DNA of 64,000 nucleotides, taken from the NCBI GenBank assembly GCA_051294905.1, contig CM119378.1, forward strand, positions 3,164,001 through 3,228,000. Direction: 5' to 3'. Source of the stretch: Botryllus schlosseri (lineage: Eukaryota). Under the pieces are notes generated by a model. The model was given only the letters and a program-made list of their open reading frames with translations, did not search any database and was not told where the DNA came from. Both the position numbers and the translations under genes were made by a program. Below, in pieces: positions 13,401 through 28,400 of this stretch (position 1 is its first letter; each line of letters opens with the position of its first letter).

Positions 13401-16400
13401 TTGTTTGAATGCCGAAATTGATATGTAAGACAACCACGTGGTCATTCACCATGGGAAGGATTATGTATCACGTCACATGAAAACGAAAAACAAATTTCTC
13501 TTTCACTTTTGAGAAATCGCGTAGACTGCTTTCAATATCATCGTCACCTCTCTCGCCCGAGCCTTCCCAGTAGCTCAGTTGGTTAGGCTGCTATTTCCTG
13601 ATCACGGCGATATATTGGGGGTCGGTTCAAGTCCCGTTGTTTGCGTTTTATGAACTGTTTGGTTGATGCATTAAAATTTGGCCTGGAGGCCGAACGCAGG
13701 AGTAGGGTTAATAACAGCTACTACTACTTGTAATTTAGTTGAAATAATAGTTACTTCTACTGCCGCATGAGCACCGACGCCGACTAACTAGTGGACTCAC
13801 GTGTACTGGCGTTGCTCCGAGTAGATCTGGTCCTTGCTCTCGAGCGTCTGCGACAGCAGCTCCTCGTTTTGAGTCATGAGCCTGTCGATCTGCTCGAGCA
13901 GGTGGCGGTTTTCTTCCTCCAGGTGAGCTTTGAGCTGCATCAGGACCTCGCAACGGTTGGACAGTTTTGTCGACTGGAAATCAAGCTCCTGATTCTGGTC
14001 CTAAAATCATTGTTACATTTGAGCAGGGTTGCGATTTTTCGGTGACTCGACTTGACTCGAGTCATTTTTTCAAATGCGTAAAATGACTCGACTTGAACTA
14101 GAGTCATATGACTCGAGATTAGTACGGCCAAAACAGGCATTTCATTGTAACTTCGAAGAATAGTAAAGTCACCACATGATTGGTATTTCATCTATCAGTC
14201 CTGATACTCGCAAATTAGGGCCAGAAACTGTTAAGACTGAGGAAAATGACGATATTATGAATGCGAGCCATTCTATATCACTCGAGCAGAGTTGAAAAAA
14301 AGTGTGTTGAACCGGGATGGACTCGGACTCGAGTCACAACACTACGACTCGGACTCGACCTTCTACTCGCTGACTTGAACTCGGACTTGACTCGGTGGTG
14401 AATTGAAAGTGACTCGACTTGATTCGAGTCAAAACCACAAAAGTGAGATTAACTTGTGACTCGGAACCGTGCGACTTGGTTACAACGCTGCCGAAATACC
14501 TTGGGGGAAACTGGAAGTTTAGAAGTATTCGAAAGACTTCAAGAAGTAGTTCAGGATGAAAGTTTGAAGTGAAAATTTACAAGTAACGAGTGGAGTAACT
14601 AATGATCTCGTGCAAAAAAAAAATGTGAAAGCACCTTGAAATTCTCCATCTGCGCTTCCAGCTCAGCGTACTGCAATTTGAGCGCATTGTGCGCAGACTT
14701 CTCGGCCCTGTTACGCTCCTGCAGGTCGTGATAATCCGAACTCAGCTTTTTGTAAGAGTTGTTCAACCTGAAATGCCGCGATGAAATGGGCCGGCTTGAA
14801 AAATTGTCAGGAGATTTTTAGATATAGCAAACGTATGCTTACTTGTCATGAGTGTCTTTCAGCGCGCCCAGGTTTCCTTCGACCAACTGGCCCTCCTCCA
14901 TTTTCTTCTCCACTTCCGACTCGAGCCGTCTCTTCAGCTGTTCGACTTCGTCCTTCGTGCGCACCAGCCCGTTGTATTGCAGTTCGAGGTCTTTGTACTG
15001 AGGAGAGAACGGAAGATGTTAATTTACTTTGGGACATACTTGGGCAAATTGATAATTCTAGTTGTTTAACTAGACGAATTAAGGCAAAACGTTAGTCATT
15101 TACTTCTAATTTGTGACATGTTTATATGCTGTAATTATAATTATAATCCAATTTCTGGTTGTCCTGAAAATGCTACAGGAGATCTAGCCAGTGCCAAACG
15201 TGCCAAGCTTGTCGTACAGAACGTTTGCTATTCTCGTGCTTACTTCAATGAAATTTGATTTGATATGAACTAAAAGTGATTCAATGTTCAAGTATTTGCA
15301 AATTCAGTAAGTCCAATTCTAGTCTAATTTGCAAAAACTGTGCAGCTATAATAATACTAATTCTAGTTGAATTCGGAACACAATGTGTAGCTATAAGTCA
15401 AATTTTATTCTAATTTGGAAAAAAGTAGCTATAATTTTAATTCTAATATAATTTTTTTAAAACTGTAGCTGTAATTCTAATTCTAGTCTAATTTGGAAAA
15501 AAACTGTAACGATAATATTAATTCTAGTCTAATTTACTTTCGAAAAAAACCTGTGTAGCTATCATATTACTAATTCTAGTTGAATTCGGAACACAATGTG
15601 TAGCTATAAGTCAAATTTTATTCTAATTTGGAAAAAAAGTAGCTATAATTTCAATTCTAATTTGATTTAAAAAAAACTGTAGCTGTAATTCTAATTCTAG
15701 TCTAACTTGGAAAAAAACTGTAGCGATAATATTAATTCTAGTCTAATTCGGAAAAAATGTGTAGCTCTAATTCTAATTCTGCTCCAATTTTGATAAAAAA
15801 AAACTGTAGCTATTTTTTTTAATTCTAGTTTAATTTGGAAAAAAACTGTAGCGATAATGCTAATTCTAGTCCAATTTACTTTGAAAAAAAACTTTGTAGC
15901 TATAATTCAAATTTTAATCTAATTTGGAAAAAAAACTGTGTAGCTACAATTTCAATTATAATATAATTTTTTAAAAACAGTAGCTATAATTCTAATTCTA
16001 CTATAATTTGAAGACAAAAAACTGTAGCTATAATTCTAATTCTACCATAATTTGAAAAAAAAAACTGTAGCTATAATTCTAATCTAACCTAATTCAAAAT
16101 CTATGAAATTAATCTTCAAAACCACACCCAAAAAACCTCCACACCTCGTTTCTCAACGCCCGATTCTGAACCTTCATCTTCTGATGCTCTCTCATCAGTC
16201 CCTCCACCTCTATGGTCTGATTCTCGTGGAGCTGCATCAAATCGTCGTGATCCTTCTCCAGATTGTCGCGTTCCACCTTGACCTCGTCCAGACGCCGGTC
16301 CAGCTCGCGTTTCTCGAGCTCCAGGACGGATTGCTGCCCGGACACGGATTGGTTTTGAGACAGCAGCGAAGACGCTTGAGACTCCAAGGCTGAGTTCTCG

Positions 16401-19400
16401 ACCTGGAGTATTTGAAAGAGCATTGGTTCTCCGTCAGGGTTGTAATGACTCGAGTCACGATTTTCTGATGACTCAACTTGACTCGAGTCATTTTCTAAAA
16501 ACACGGAAATGACTCGGCTCGCATGACTCGAACCAAGTCATATGACCCGAGACACAGATGGCCAAGACCGACATTTCATTGTAATTTCGAAGAATAGTAA
16601 AGTAACCACCCTATTGGGATTTCATCTATTGGTGCTAGTACTTGACAATGCGACCAGAAACTGCTAAAAATGAGGAAAATTTGTATATCATAAATCCGAA
16701 CTATTCGATATCACCAAACAGAGTTATAAAAGTGAGTTTAACAAGACTTTAACTGGAAACTGAGCAGTCAACACATTCGGACTCAACGACGGGTTGAAAA
16801 TGACTCGACTTGACTCGAGTCAAACTTATAAATGTGACATTGACTTGTGACTTGGTTACAACCCTGTTCTCCGTCATTTTACTGGTTTTTTGAGTAGTTT
16901 TGGGGGTCGAAAGCTCTCCCATTACAACCTCCAAACCTTTGTCCTGTCCCTGTCGATTGTGTCTCAATGCCGCAATATCCATCTTGAAAGTTATCGAGTG
17001 GCTTATAAATTGAATCTAGCTGTTTTAGTATCTTAGCGGAGGAATTTTAAAGGTTATCTGTTCTAGTTTTGAGTTTCGAAAAGTCAGTAGTTCTAGTCGT
17101 AGCTGTACATTTACGGCTGTTCAAAAAAAAAACTTTTCCATCAGATTTCACTGGCTACATGATAAAATTGTTAGGTTAGTTTAAAAAAACACTGCACACC
17201 AACATTGGCTCAATTCCAACCAGTAGAAACGAAATTATTGCAGTAGAAAGTTTCAATTTATTATTAAAAAATTTAAATTTCAAAATTTTTCTGTCGACCC
17301 CATAAAATTGTTAGGCTGTCAGTAGAGATGATGCACGCCAAATTTGGTTAAATTCCAACCACTAGAAGTGAAGTTATTGCAGTAGAAAAATTTGGATTCC
17401 ATGATTTTATAATAAATAATTAAAGAGTCAGTCACCGTAAATACTATTTTATTGAAATCCAAATTTTTCTACTGCAATAACTTCGCTTCTAGTGGTTGGA
17501 ATTTAACCAAAATTGGCGTGCATCATCTCTACTGACAGCTTAACAAGAAAAATTTTAAAAATTTATTTTTTATTTTTTTAATGATAAATTCAGAACTTTC
17601 TACTGCAATAACTGAAGGAAATTTTTTTAACTGCCTTGCGTAGGCCTACAAGCTGTTGGATTTTCAAAATGCTCAACCAGGACCAGAACTACAGCTACAT
17701 TTTGAAATTACATTAGTTTGTGCACACACGATAACAAAACCATCCGCCGTGCGTCACTCGGGGGGAAAACTGCGAACCGTTTAAAATCACAAAACTGGAA
17801 TTCACCACAACTATGTGGAAATTTCATCTATTCAGAGCGATTATTGTCACGCTGAGCTATTCACAAAAATTCTCAGAACGGGGAATTTAAAATTTGTCAA
17901 AATGTCAACCGCTATAGCATCTCACGTTCACTTCCAGTTTAGAGAGAAAACGATAACATCGTTCTCACCGAATACATACAGCTTCAACTAACGATTGCAG
18001 ATTAACATGACGGCGTTCTAACCAGACGCAGACAGATTTTCGTCGCACACGAGGATGACATACCTGAAGTTTGGCGCACTGCGTCTTCAAATGCGTCACT
18101 TCGTCTTGGAGTTTCGTGTGCTGCACGATGGCGTTCTCGTTTTGAGACCGCAGCCTCGACACCTGCTCCTTGAGGTCTTGCGATATAGTCCTTATCGACG
18201 AGTTCTCCGCGATAAGCGTGGCGTTCTAGACAAGAATAATAAGTTCATTTCCAAAAATTAAACCGATTTTTTTTTCATAACGATCATATTATACCTCACT
18301 ATGTGTTGCAAATATGTATATACAATTTCTAATAAGTACGATGCAATATTAATTAATAACTATACATAATTGAATAGTCTATTCGGGTTCGTTTCAATAT
18401 GAATATACTACTCTATTGCATATTGAAGTTCTGTACCTCCAAAAATAACATATATAATTGTATATATAGTAGAGTTTTCGATTTTTCACGGTCATTTTTT
18501 GGCCATAGTTAGCTTTGAAACTGTGTGACAAACATAATCAGGACCAAGATATGGCCAAAAGAAAATGAAAACTTCAAAAAAACTTGATTTTTTAAAAATG
18601 TGAAAAGTGGACTTGGCTATTCTGATTCCACAGCAACGATATATCTTATACCTATAATTTGACTGTTGTCAGTTGAGCTGGATAAACTAGTAACCATACA
18701 ACAACAACAACAACAAAAAACAGCAAATAGTAAGTAAACGATGACAATATTTCAAGCAGGCAGTAAGGTAAATTAGTCTGCTATATTTTCACGAGCTGTT
18801 TTTTCTACAACAGTATCTGATGCCATTAAACGACGTATTTCTCAATTAGGCTGGTATCTTCAAATCAAGAAAATATCTCGGGAAATGATGTGCGGTGATA
18901 ACACGCAAGGATGAGACAAACCTTTCTTTCGACGTCAATCAGGTGATCTTTGATCTTCAAAAGTTCTGTAGTGGCAGAGTAGTCTCGCGACGATCTGTTG
19001 CGCGATTTGCTATAGTCGATCTCTTCGTTGTGACGCTGTGCCAGGGCTTCGTAATCTCGCTTGATGGCCTGCGACAAAAAATACACTCCATCAGACCTCG
19101 ATTATTCGAATTTTTATGACGGTAACATCACATTTCATGATACAATTGTTGATATACAATGTTCTTTCCAATTCTCTACTAGTTGCTGACGATTACCCCT
19201 GACGAGTGTCATCCGAAAATATTAAGACTTATTTCGATACAAATATACTATTCAATAATATACGCCGTGTTATATACCTTGATGTCATCTTTGAGCTTCT
19301 TGTTGATAGAAGCAGACTCTTGAAGCCTGGCCTCCAAAGAGTTGATTTTCTCCTCTTTGGCTTCAACAGACTTTTTAAAAGTGGACTCAAAACGACTCTC

Positions 19401-22400
19401 CAGCGCTTTAAATCTCCTGAAACAAACGTACAGAGGTGGCTAAGTACCAAGTAGTCAGCATTGCTATCAGTGAATAAGACCGTAAATTTTAGTAGTAAAT
19501 CAGACGGGACTACATTCAAATTTGCAAGACACACCTTTGTGATTGATGTTAAATGTCTGACAACACCACAGATAGCCACAATTTTTGAAAATAGACTCAG
19601 CTATCATGGCACAGGGGCTATTCTGCCCAGTTGTCCAGTAAAGGCGATGCAGCCATGCCCCAAAACTACTATCTTAGCCAACCTAGCTTGTGCCAAGAGA
19701 AGTTAGTGTACTGTTTAAAAATTGTACATCGAGCTTGAAGCTCTCTTCACCGTGATTATTTGAAATTTCATGCCAATGACGTCATATTTGGCGATACGAT
19801 TGTTGATATACAATGTTCTTTCCAATTCGCTACTACCTGCTGACGATTACCCCTGACGAGTGTCAGCTGAAGATATTCGGGTTTATTTCAATATGAATAG
19901 ATTACTTACGGTAATTGTATATTGAAGTTCTGTACCTCCAAGAATGTCTCCAAACACAATCATTTTACAAAATCCAAAGTGTACTGCGCCTATAAACTGT
20001 AAAGTAGAAACGGAAGCATTCTAAAAACTCACGTATCGTCGGCGTGATTTTCCGCGTTCAATAGTTGTTCCTTGTTCAACCCGATAGATTCCAATTCAGT
20101 CGAAAGACGATCTAGCTCGCTCTGCTTCTGTTGCACCAGCAATTTCTCGTTGACCAAGTCTTCGCGTAACGTCGTCAGGGTTTTTCTAGGAAATATGAGA
20201 CGACATAGCGTTAAGTAGAATAACAATTTGCTCGTGGCGTGCTGAATTCGAACGTGCCTCCAAGCAATCAGAAATCGGTGACTACTGTGACCACACAATA
20301 TCGGAGTAAGCTTTCTTGTGAAGCAGCATCTTGTTCGGAACGCGTTACAACACCATTAATGCAACTAAAGTTGATCCCAGGGTAGTAATGACTCGAGTCA
20401 CGATTTTCTGATGACTCGAGTCATTTTCTCAAAATACATAAATGACTCGACTCGACATGGACTCGAGTCATTGCGCATGACTCGAACCAAGTCGTATGGC
20501 TCGATACTCAGACGGCTAAGACCATCATTTCATCGTAATTTCGTAGAATAGTAACGTAACCACCCTATTGGTATTTCGTCTATTGGTAATAGCATTTGAA
20601 AATGCGGCCAGAAACTGCTAAAAGTAATGAAAATCACTATCTTATAAATTTGAACCATTTGATATCACCAAACAGAGTTTTAAAAGTGGGTTTTAACAAG
20701 ACTTTAACTGGAAACTGAGCAGTCAACACAATGACTTGGACTCGAACTCGAGTCATAACACCATGACTCGGGACTCGAGCCTCTGCTCGATGACTCGGAC
20801 TTGACTCGCTGGTGAATAGTAAACGACTCGACTTGACTCGAGTCAAAACTATAAAAGTGAGATTGACTTGTGACTCGGAGCCTTGTGACTTGGTCACAAC
20901 CCTGGTTGAACCTCAACATTTTCATCGCAACAAACCCTATATATTGATATTGCTTGATTTTGGTTGAAAATTGCCGAGTAGAATATATTTGGCAATATAA
21001 ACATTCTGTGTGCTGCGATATTCAAATCTTGTTCTTTTTTACATCCATTCATTTTTTTTACGCAGGAGAGCCGGAAAATCAGGCAGAGATTCAATACGGC
21101 GACGTACTTTTCAACGATTTGGCTCTTCCGCAATTCTCTCACGTCCGTCTCCAGCTCCCTGATACGCAGCGAGCTGTCCTCCCCTTTCTCGATCTGCCGC
21201 ATCATGGCTTTGTTCTGTCGGTTCACGCTTTCCAGTTCCTCCGTCATTTCTTCAAATTTGGCCGACAACGCCTAAAAACAATCTCCAGTATTACGAAGGG
21301 GTTGGTTGATATTTGAGCATTTACAATCACAAAACTTGAACCCAAAAATGAACCCTTACCCAAATCTGACCCTAACCCAACCCTAAACCTACCTTTGACC
21401 CCATGCTTGGAATATTTTAAACTTTCCCAAATTAGTTCAAAATTATAACTGTATAACTGTTGCACAGTTGGACAGCAAATTTTTAGCTTTTCCAAATTAA
21501 ATTAGAATTAGAATCATACCTACATCGTTTTCTCCCAATTAGATTAGAATGACAATTAGTCTGATTAGACAACTAGAATCATCGAGAATTATCTAGTCGC
21601 CAAAGAGTGGAAAGCAAACACGTCTCACTTCGAAAGACTGCTTCGCTCTTTGCGTCTCTTTCCGGGCCTTTTTGTTCTCCGATTCGAGCTTCGCGTTCTC
21701 GCCTTCCACCTTCTGATACTCGCGCTCGTAATGCTCCAGTTTCTTGTACGAAGCCACGAGCTTCTCCAGCTTGTTTTGCAACTGCAACCAACGAAGAAAA
21801 CAACGTTGGAAACTAATAATAACCGACACGGAACAGATTTAAAGGGGCATCAATTCTGAAGCAGAATATGTAAAATAAAGATCGTATATACATTTTAACA
21901 TAGTTTCATAAATATATTATTAAAATGTAGGCCTATATCAAAGTTCTGTACACCAAAAAGTCTCTTTAAAGACCATATCCCCCAACGCTAATTTATCAAA
22001 CAAGTCACCGACAATTACCTCTTCGTTTTCTTTCTCGAGTTCCTGAATTTCCTTTTCTTTGGAAACTTGATTGACGTCGAGCTGACTTCTGACTCTCTCC
22101 AATTCATTTTCGAGTTCCGATTGAAGCAGCTAAATTTGAACATTCAAACGAAATTAGGAGTAATTTGATGTCGCTTTCACAAAAAAACAGTCGAAAATTT
22201 GAAAATATTGGAGTTTAAAAAATTTAAAATTTCAGGGCCAAAACACACCTCCATCTTTTCAGTTTGTTCCTTGGACTGTTTCATCGAGTCCATGCCGCGC
22301 TTCAGCCGTTTCAGGGCTTTCTCGGCGTCCAATTTCTCCTGCTCGAGCACGGACATCTTCTCGCACGTTTTCCTCAATGACTCGACCTGAAAAAACAAGT

Positions 22401-25400
22401 ATTTTCAGACTGGGTTGTAACCAAGTCGCAAGGTTACGAATCACAAGTCAATTTAACTTGTAAAGTTTCGAATCAAGTCAATTCGAGTCAATGTTCAATT
22501 CACCACCGAGTCAAGTCCGAGTCCAAGACAGCTAGCAGAGGGTCGAGTCATAGTGTTTTGAGTCAAGTCCAAGTCTTTTCAACTCTGCTCGAGCGATATA
22601 GAATGGCTCCCATTCATAATATCGTAATTTTTCTCAGTCCTAACAGTTTCAGTCCCTATTTTCCAAGTATCGGGACTGGCAGACGAAATCCCAATCATGT
22701 GGTGACTTAACTATTCTTCGAAGTTACAATGAAATGTCTGTCTTGGCCGTCCCAGTCTCGAGTCACGTGACTTGGTTTGAGTCATGCACAATGCACAACT
22801 TGGGTCGAGTCACGACTCGAGGCATTACATCACTGCTGCTAATACTACTACTGGGGTAGGTTTTTCATACTTGAACTATATAATCAACTGGTTAGTTACA
22901 GGTACGTTTTTAGACAACTACCGATTGTACTGCACTGAAGCAATTCTATATACTCATTACATTATTGGGCTGTTTGCAGCAATTTTTCAAGTGAAATTGA
23001 TATCACAGCTGTTTGAAATGGTTACTGTAGTAGCAATTCCTACTTCTATGTGAGTATTAACAACTTTGACCAACGCTGGAAATCAAAAACTCAAATGTTT
23101 TTTTACCTGCCGTCGTAGTTTCACAGTTTCTTGTTCCGATAAGCCTTTGTCTTTTTCTAAGTCTTGCAATTGCGTGGTCACGTTTTTCAGATTTTCCACC
23201 TGCTTTTTGAGTTGTCTGTCACGGAAGAGAGACGTTATCGAGTTTTCAATTTCATCGAGGGAAATTTTTAGAAGTCCAGGTCGCAACATCACGACATAAT
23301 CTACCAACCTATTTTCGACGTCGAGGTCGGAATTCATTTGCTCCACTTTGTCGATTTGGTCGCACGTGATCTTCAATTGCGCGACTGTTTTTTGCAACGA
23401 GATATTCTCCTTGTCGAGCTTCACATTTTCCTGCGAATTCAAAATGGGTCATCCGTATTTCTCTTCGATGTGGTACGAAAAAAGAGAGCAAAAACAGTAT
23501 GATTAATACCTTTGTCAACTCCTCCGCTTTCTCTATTGAATCTTTCGCTTGATCGAGAGACTTTTGCAAGACTTTTTTCTCATATTCGATCTGATGGATT
23601 CGCGACGTCACCTCTTTCACAGTTTCGCTCAGAACCTGAAAAAAAAATATTTTGCCTCAAAATCTGGATCCATTAACGGCAGTCAGTATCTGGCAGTGGC
23701 TGTGGAGTCGGCATTTCATTAAATTTTTTATCTAAATTGGGTCGGAGTCATAGAAATTTTGCAACACCCTTTGGAGTCTGACTTGAGAAAACACATACTC
23801 GCTGGTGTCGTAGGACTCGTAGTTTGTTAAAAGCTCCGACTACTCTTAAATCGAACCAAATGTTCTCAAATGATACTAAAAAGTGTCACTGCCGTTACAG
23901 AAGTTATCAAGTATCATATTGAAATAAACCCGAATGTTTTTGGCTGACGCTCGTCAAGGGCAACCAGTAAAGCAGGGGTTCCCAAACTTGGGGTCGTTTG
24001 CCTATTCTCCGGGCTCGCGGAGACAAAATTTAAAAACTTATGACCATTACACGTCAATTAAGCGGATGCTATCGGCAACACATTTCTGAAAAGTTGAATT
24101 CGATTTTCGAAATAAGAAAAAAAACGACCTCGGAAGAATGTGAACCCCGCAAACAAGCTATCAGATCAGCCGAAGTGTCATTTGCTATAGTTTTGATTGA
24201 GTTTCTAAATGTAAGGAGGACGGAGGATGCTGAGTTCATAATTGCAATTACTGCGCACACAGTAGCCAGCTGTCCCACACAGGCCGTAATAGACGAAGGT
24301 GCTGATCAGTTTTCAGTAGTCAGCACCCGAAATTGAGAGGTGGGATCGATAAACATTTTCAAATCGAAATTTGATCATAAAAAGTTTGGGTGCTGCAGTA
24401 GAGAATTGAATAGAACTTTGTACGCCGACAATCGTATCACCAAATATCACAGGTATGATAATTTGAATTATTGAGGCTGCCTTGTCATATTTGGCGATAC
24501 GATTGTTGATACACAATGTTCTTTTCAATTCTCTACTAGTTGCTGAAGATTACGCCTGGCGAGTGACAGCCGAAAATGTTCCGGTTTATATCAATACGAA
24601 TACAATATCCAACCTTATTTTCCTTTTCAATATCCTTGGCGCGTCCCTCGGCGTTAATTTTGGATCTCTTCCTCAGGGTCTCGACCGTCTTGCTGAGCTG
24701 TTCGTTTTCGTTCTGCAATTCCTCGATCTGCCGGGCCGAATTCGACTTGACCGTTTCCACCATGGTTTCGAGCTTCGTCTTCTCCGCCTCCATCTCGCTC
24801 GACAACTGCTCGTAGTCCAGGACAGAGTGCTTCTCCTGTGGATCAGGCAGAGGCGCCTGCATTAGTCTGGCCGGTTCACGGTTCATACACCTACCTACAC
24901 CATATCACTGTTCACTAAGGATGTTCAAAAATTATTTATTTCCTCAAATAGTACTACTGGCTACTTGATTAAATTGTTAGGTTACCCAATTTAAGCCTAC
25001 ACACCAAATTTGGTTCAATTCCAACCAGTAGCTGCATTACTACAGAAGAAAGTTTCTATTTATTACATAAAAATAACTGAACAAAAATGTCAAAATTTTC
25101 TGTTCACCCCATGATAGTGTTAGGTTGTCTAAGAAAACAATGTTCAGCAAATTTGGTTCAATTCCAACCAGCGGAAGCGGAGTTATTGCCGTCGAAAAAT
25201 TTGGATTTGAATAAAATAGTATTCACGTTGACCAATTCTTCAATTATTTATTGTTATAGGTGTGCCCACCGTAAATGCTATTTTATTCAAATCCCAATCC
25301 CACTCGTTGGAATTGAACCAAATTTGGTGAACATCGTTTCTATAGACAACCTGACACTTTCATGGGGTGAACAGAAAATTATGACATTTTTGTATATTTA

Positions 25401-28400
25401 TTTTTCTATAATAAATAGAAACTTTCTTCCCCATTAGCAATGCGGCTACTGGCTGGAATTGAACCAAATTTGGTGTGTAGGCTTAAATTGGGTAACCTAA
25501 CAATTTTATCAAGTAGCCAGTACAATTTTTGAGAAAAAAAGTCATTTTTGAACACCCCTACTTGTTCACCCCCAGATTCCGATGGTGGTCATAAAAAATA
25601 TCAATAGAAAATGTCATCACCATTAGTTGACAATGTTGACACCCTTTTTCGGTCAGCACCATCAGAATCCGTGGTCGAACAGGGATATTAGGTGGACCGA
25701 GGTCATAAAGGCTGGGAACCACTGCTTGACGCCCTTCAGACTACAATTTATTATATCGACAATGAATAGACAGATAGTTCCGTCTATTTCGTATCAACGC
25801 GAGAGCCACGAAACTTTGATTGGTCGTCAAAAACATGTTGTACAAGCCTACTAAATTCTTGTGAAAGGCACATATTTGAACCGTCAAATCATTATTACTG
25901 CAATTATGTCATGATAGGTGGTATTCGAGACTCGAACCTTAAATGGGCACTGCACTCTAAAAATTATGTGGTCTCAAATTTCAATAGCAACTTCAAGCTC
26001 CAGCAGTCACGCAGAGATCAAACTTTATATAGTTGTCAGCCGAAGCTATGAAGGAAATATGTCCAAAAGAAATAGAATACACTAGGCCCGATTTTGACAT
26101 AAATCTCATGACTGAACATCTTCCGTTGAACGCGGTATCTAAACCACCTTGGCGTGTACGACATATTCCCTTCATAACATCAGCTGACAACGATATAAAG
26201 TGTGATCTCTGTGTGCCTGCTGGAGCGTGAAGTTGCTATCGATATTTCAATAAATTGCAGCTCCATTACGGCGGCGATCTGAAGAAAACGGCTGGGCCAA
26301 AATTTTTATTTCGTTTTGCCCTTCAATTTGAGACCACATCATTTTCAGAGCGCAGTGCCCCTTTAATACACGATTGACATCTAACCGTTTGCTTACTCGA
26401 TTTTGCCTAGGCCTAGAACTGACGAACATGATAAGGGGTGTCTATGTCATTATTGCAATGTAATTAAGAAACGCATGTGGTACCTTGCTCAACATCTCTT
26501 GCAGCTTCTTTACCTTGTTACCGAGACGCTTGTTCTCCTTCTCAAGCTCCACCTTGTTTGCCTGAAAGTAGATATATAGAGTGACTACAGATCAAGGGAT
26601 CCATACATATTGTGAACCGCGAGTATTCAATCAGCAACTGCAATGTCGTGTTATATCTGGGCCTCTGGTTTCGGAAATAGATATCATGCGATAGTATACC
26701 GGAAGGGTTAGGCTTGCATGATACTGATAGAATTCAGCCGAAAATAAATTTAAACACTGCGGTACTGGGGCTATTTCGCCACCTTGATGCGACAATTTCA
26801 CTCGTAAAGGAGGCGCTAGCACACCCCAAAACAGATTTCCAGGTTTCAAAAGTAATTTCACCTAAAACGTTAGGATAATATATATTTGTCGTCTTGTTGA
26901 AAAGATATATCATACAGATTAAGTCGACCCACCTCTTCTAGTTGCGCGCTGGACATGGACACCTTGTAGGAATTCACCAAAGACTGCAGATGCCTGTTTT
27001 CTTTCTCGAGCTTCAAAACGCGACTCGCGGCAGACTCGTTAGATTCCTCGTGAATAGACTTGTGAAGGTCTGCAAAAACGAAGCGAAAGAACAAAAACAA
27101 ATCGAATAAATATCAGCGCGTGAATCTACACGCGACCAAGGCGATGAAGCCAGACTCACTATCTGCCGTCTTTGCGTGCTCCAACTGCATAGCTAGGTGT
27201 CCAGATTCGTTCATGCTCTCTTTCTTGTCTAGTTCGAGACGCATGTTGTCCTCTTCCAGTTCCAGGATTCGTTGCTGATCCTGTTCCTTATTCTGCGTGC
27301 GAGAAACGACTGTGTAGTTCGGTTTTTCAATTACAATTTTTTTACTGGATAGCTGATAAAATTGTTAGTTTGTCTAAAAAAATGCCGCACTTGTAATTAG
27401 ACTTCCTTCCAACCAGCAGCAGCGAAGTTTCTAGTTTTCAAAATTTTGGATTTTAGAAAAATAGTATTTACGATAGGAAATTCTTCAATTACTAATAATA
27501 AAACTACATACCGTCAATACCATAATTACTATCCGAAATCTGAACACCAATAACTTGGCTCCTACTGGCTCAAATTGAGCCAAATTTGCTATATATCGTT
27601 TTTAGACGACTACAAATTTCATGAGGTTGACAGTCACGTTTTAAGAAGAAAAAAATGGTTTCAAATAAAAAATTAACATTTTCCAAGTCTAATAGCTTTG
27701 CTTTTGCACTAACCTCGAGATAAACCGACATCTGTTGCTTCAAATCCACGATTTTTTTCTCGGCGTCGACGAGTTCGTCCAGCCGCACCTGGGCCGCCTC
27801 CAATTGCTCGTCCAACATGGCTTTCGTCTCGTGAAGAACTCTTTCAAGATGAATGCGAGGGTAAAACTCAATCGTAGGATGATAACGTTTTTGAATTTCT
27901 CGACAAAGTTTTCGCACACACCCTTAGATGTCCGGACTCCATAATACATTTGACTAATATATTTTGTTGAATAATATATCGATATTGAAATAGACCCAAA
28001 TATTTTCGGCTGACACTCGTCAGGGGTAATCATCAGATACTAGTAGAGATTTCGAAGAACTTTGCATATCAACAATCATATCAAAAAATCTTTGGGATTA
28101 TTTCGATATCGACCTATATAATTCAACCGTATATTGAAGTTGTGTATCTCCAAGAAGCTATTCAAATTTTTCCATTAATTCATCAAAACAGTTTGTGCCA
28201 ACAATACTAGTTTGTGTATTATCCAGAAATGGTGGGCAATATTGAGCTTGAGCCTCGAATACTCCAATTTTCATGCTGATGCTACGATTGTTGATATACA
28301 ATGTTCTTTCAAATTCTCTACTAGTTGCTAAAGAGTACCCCTGACGTGAGTCAGCCGAAAACAGTCAGGTTTACTTCAATATGAATATGTCATTCAACTT

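Noticed and set aside
13565..13640. Functional tRNA gene
   Set aside because: A and B boxes are present but the acceptor and anticodon stems do not pair, and a SINE-like body with a (CTA)n tail follows.
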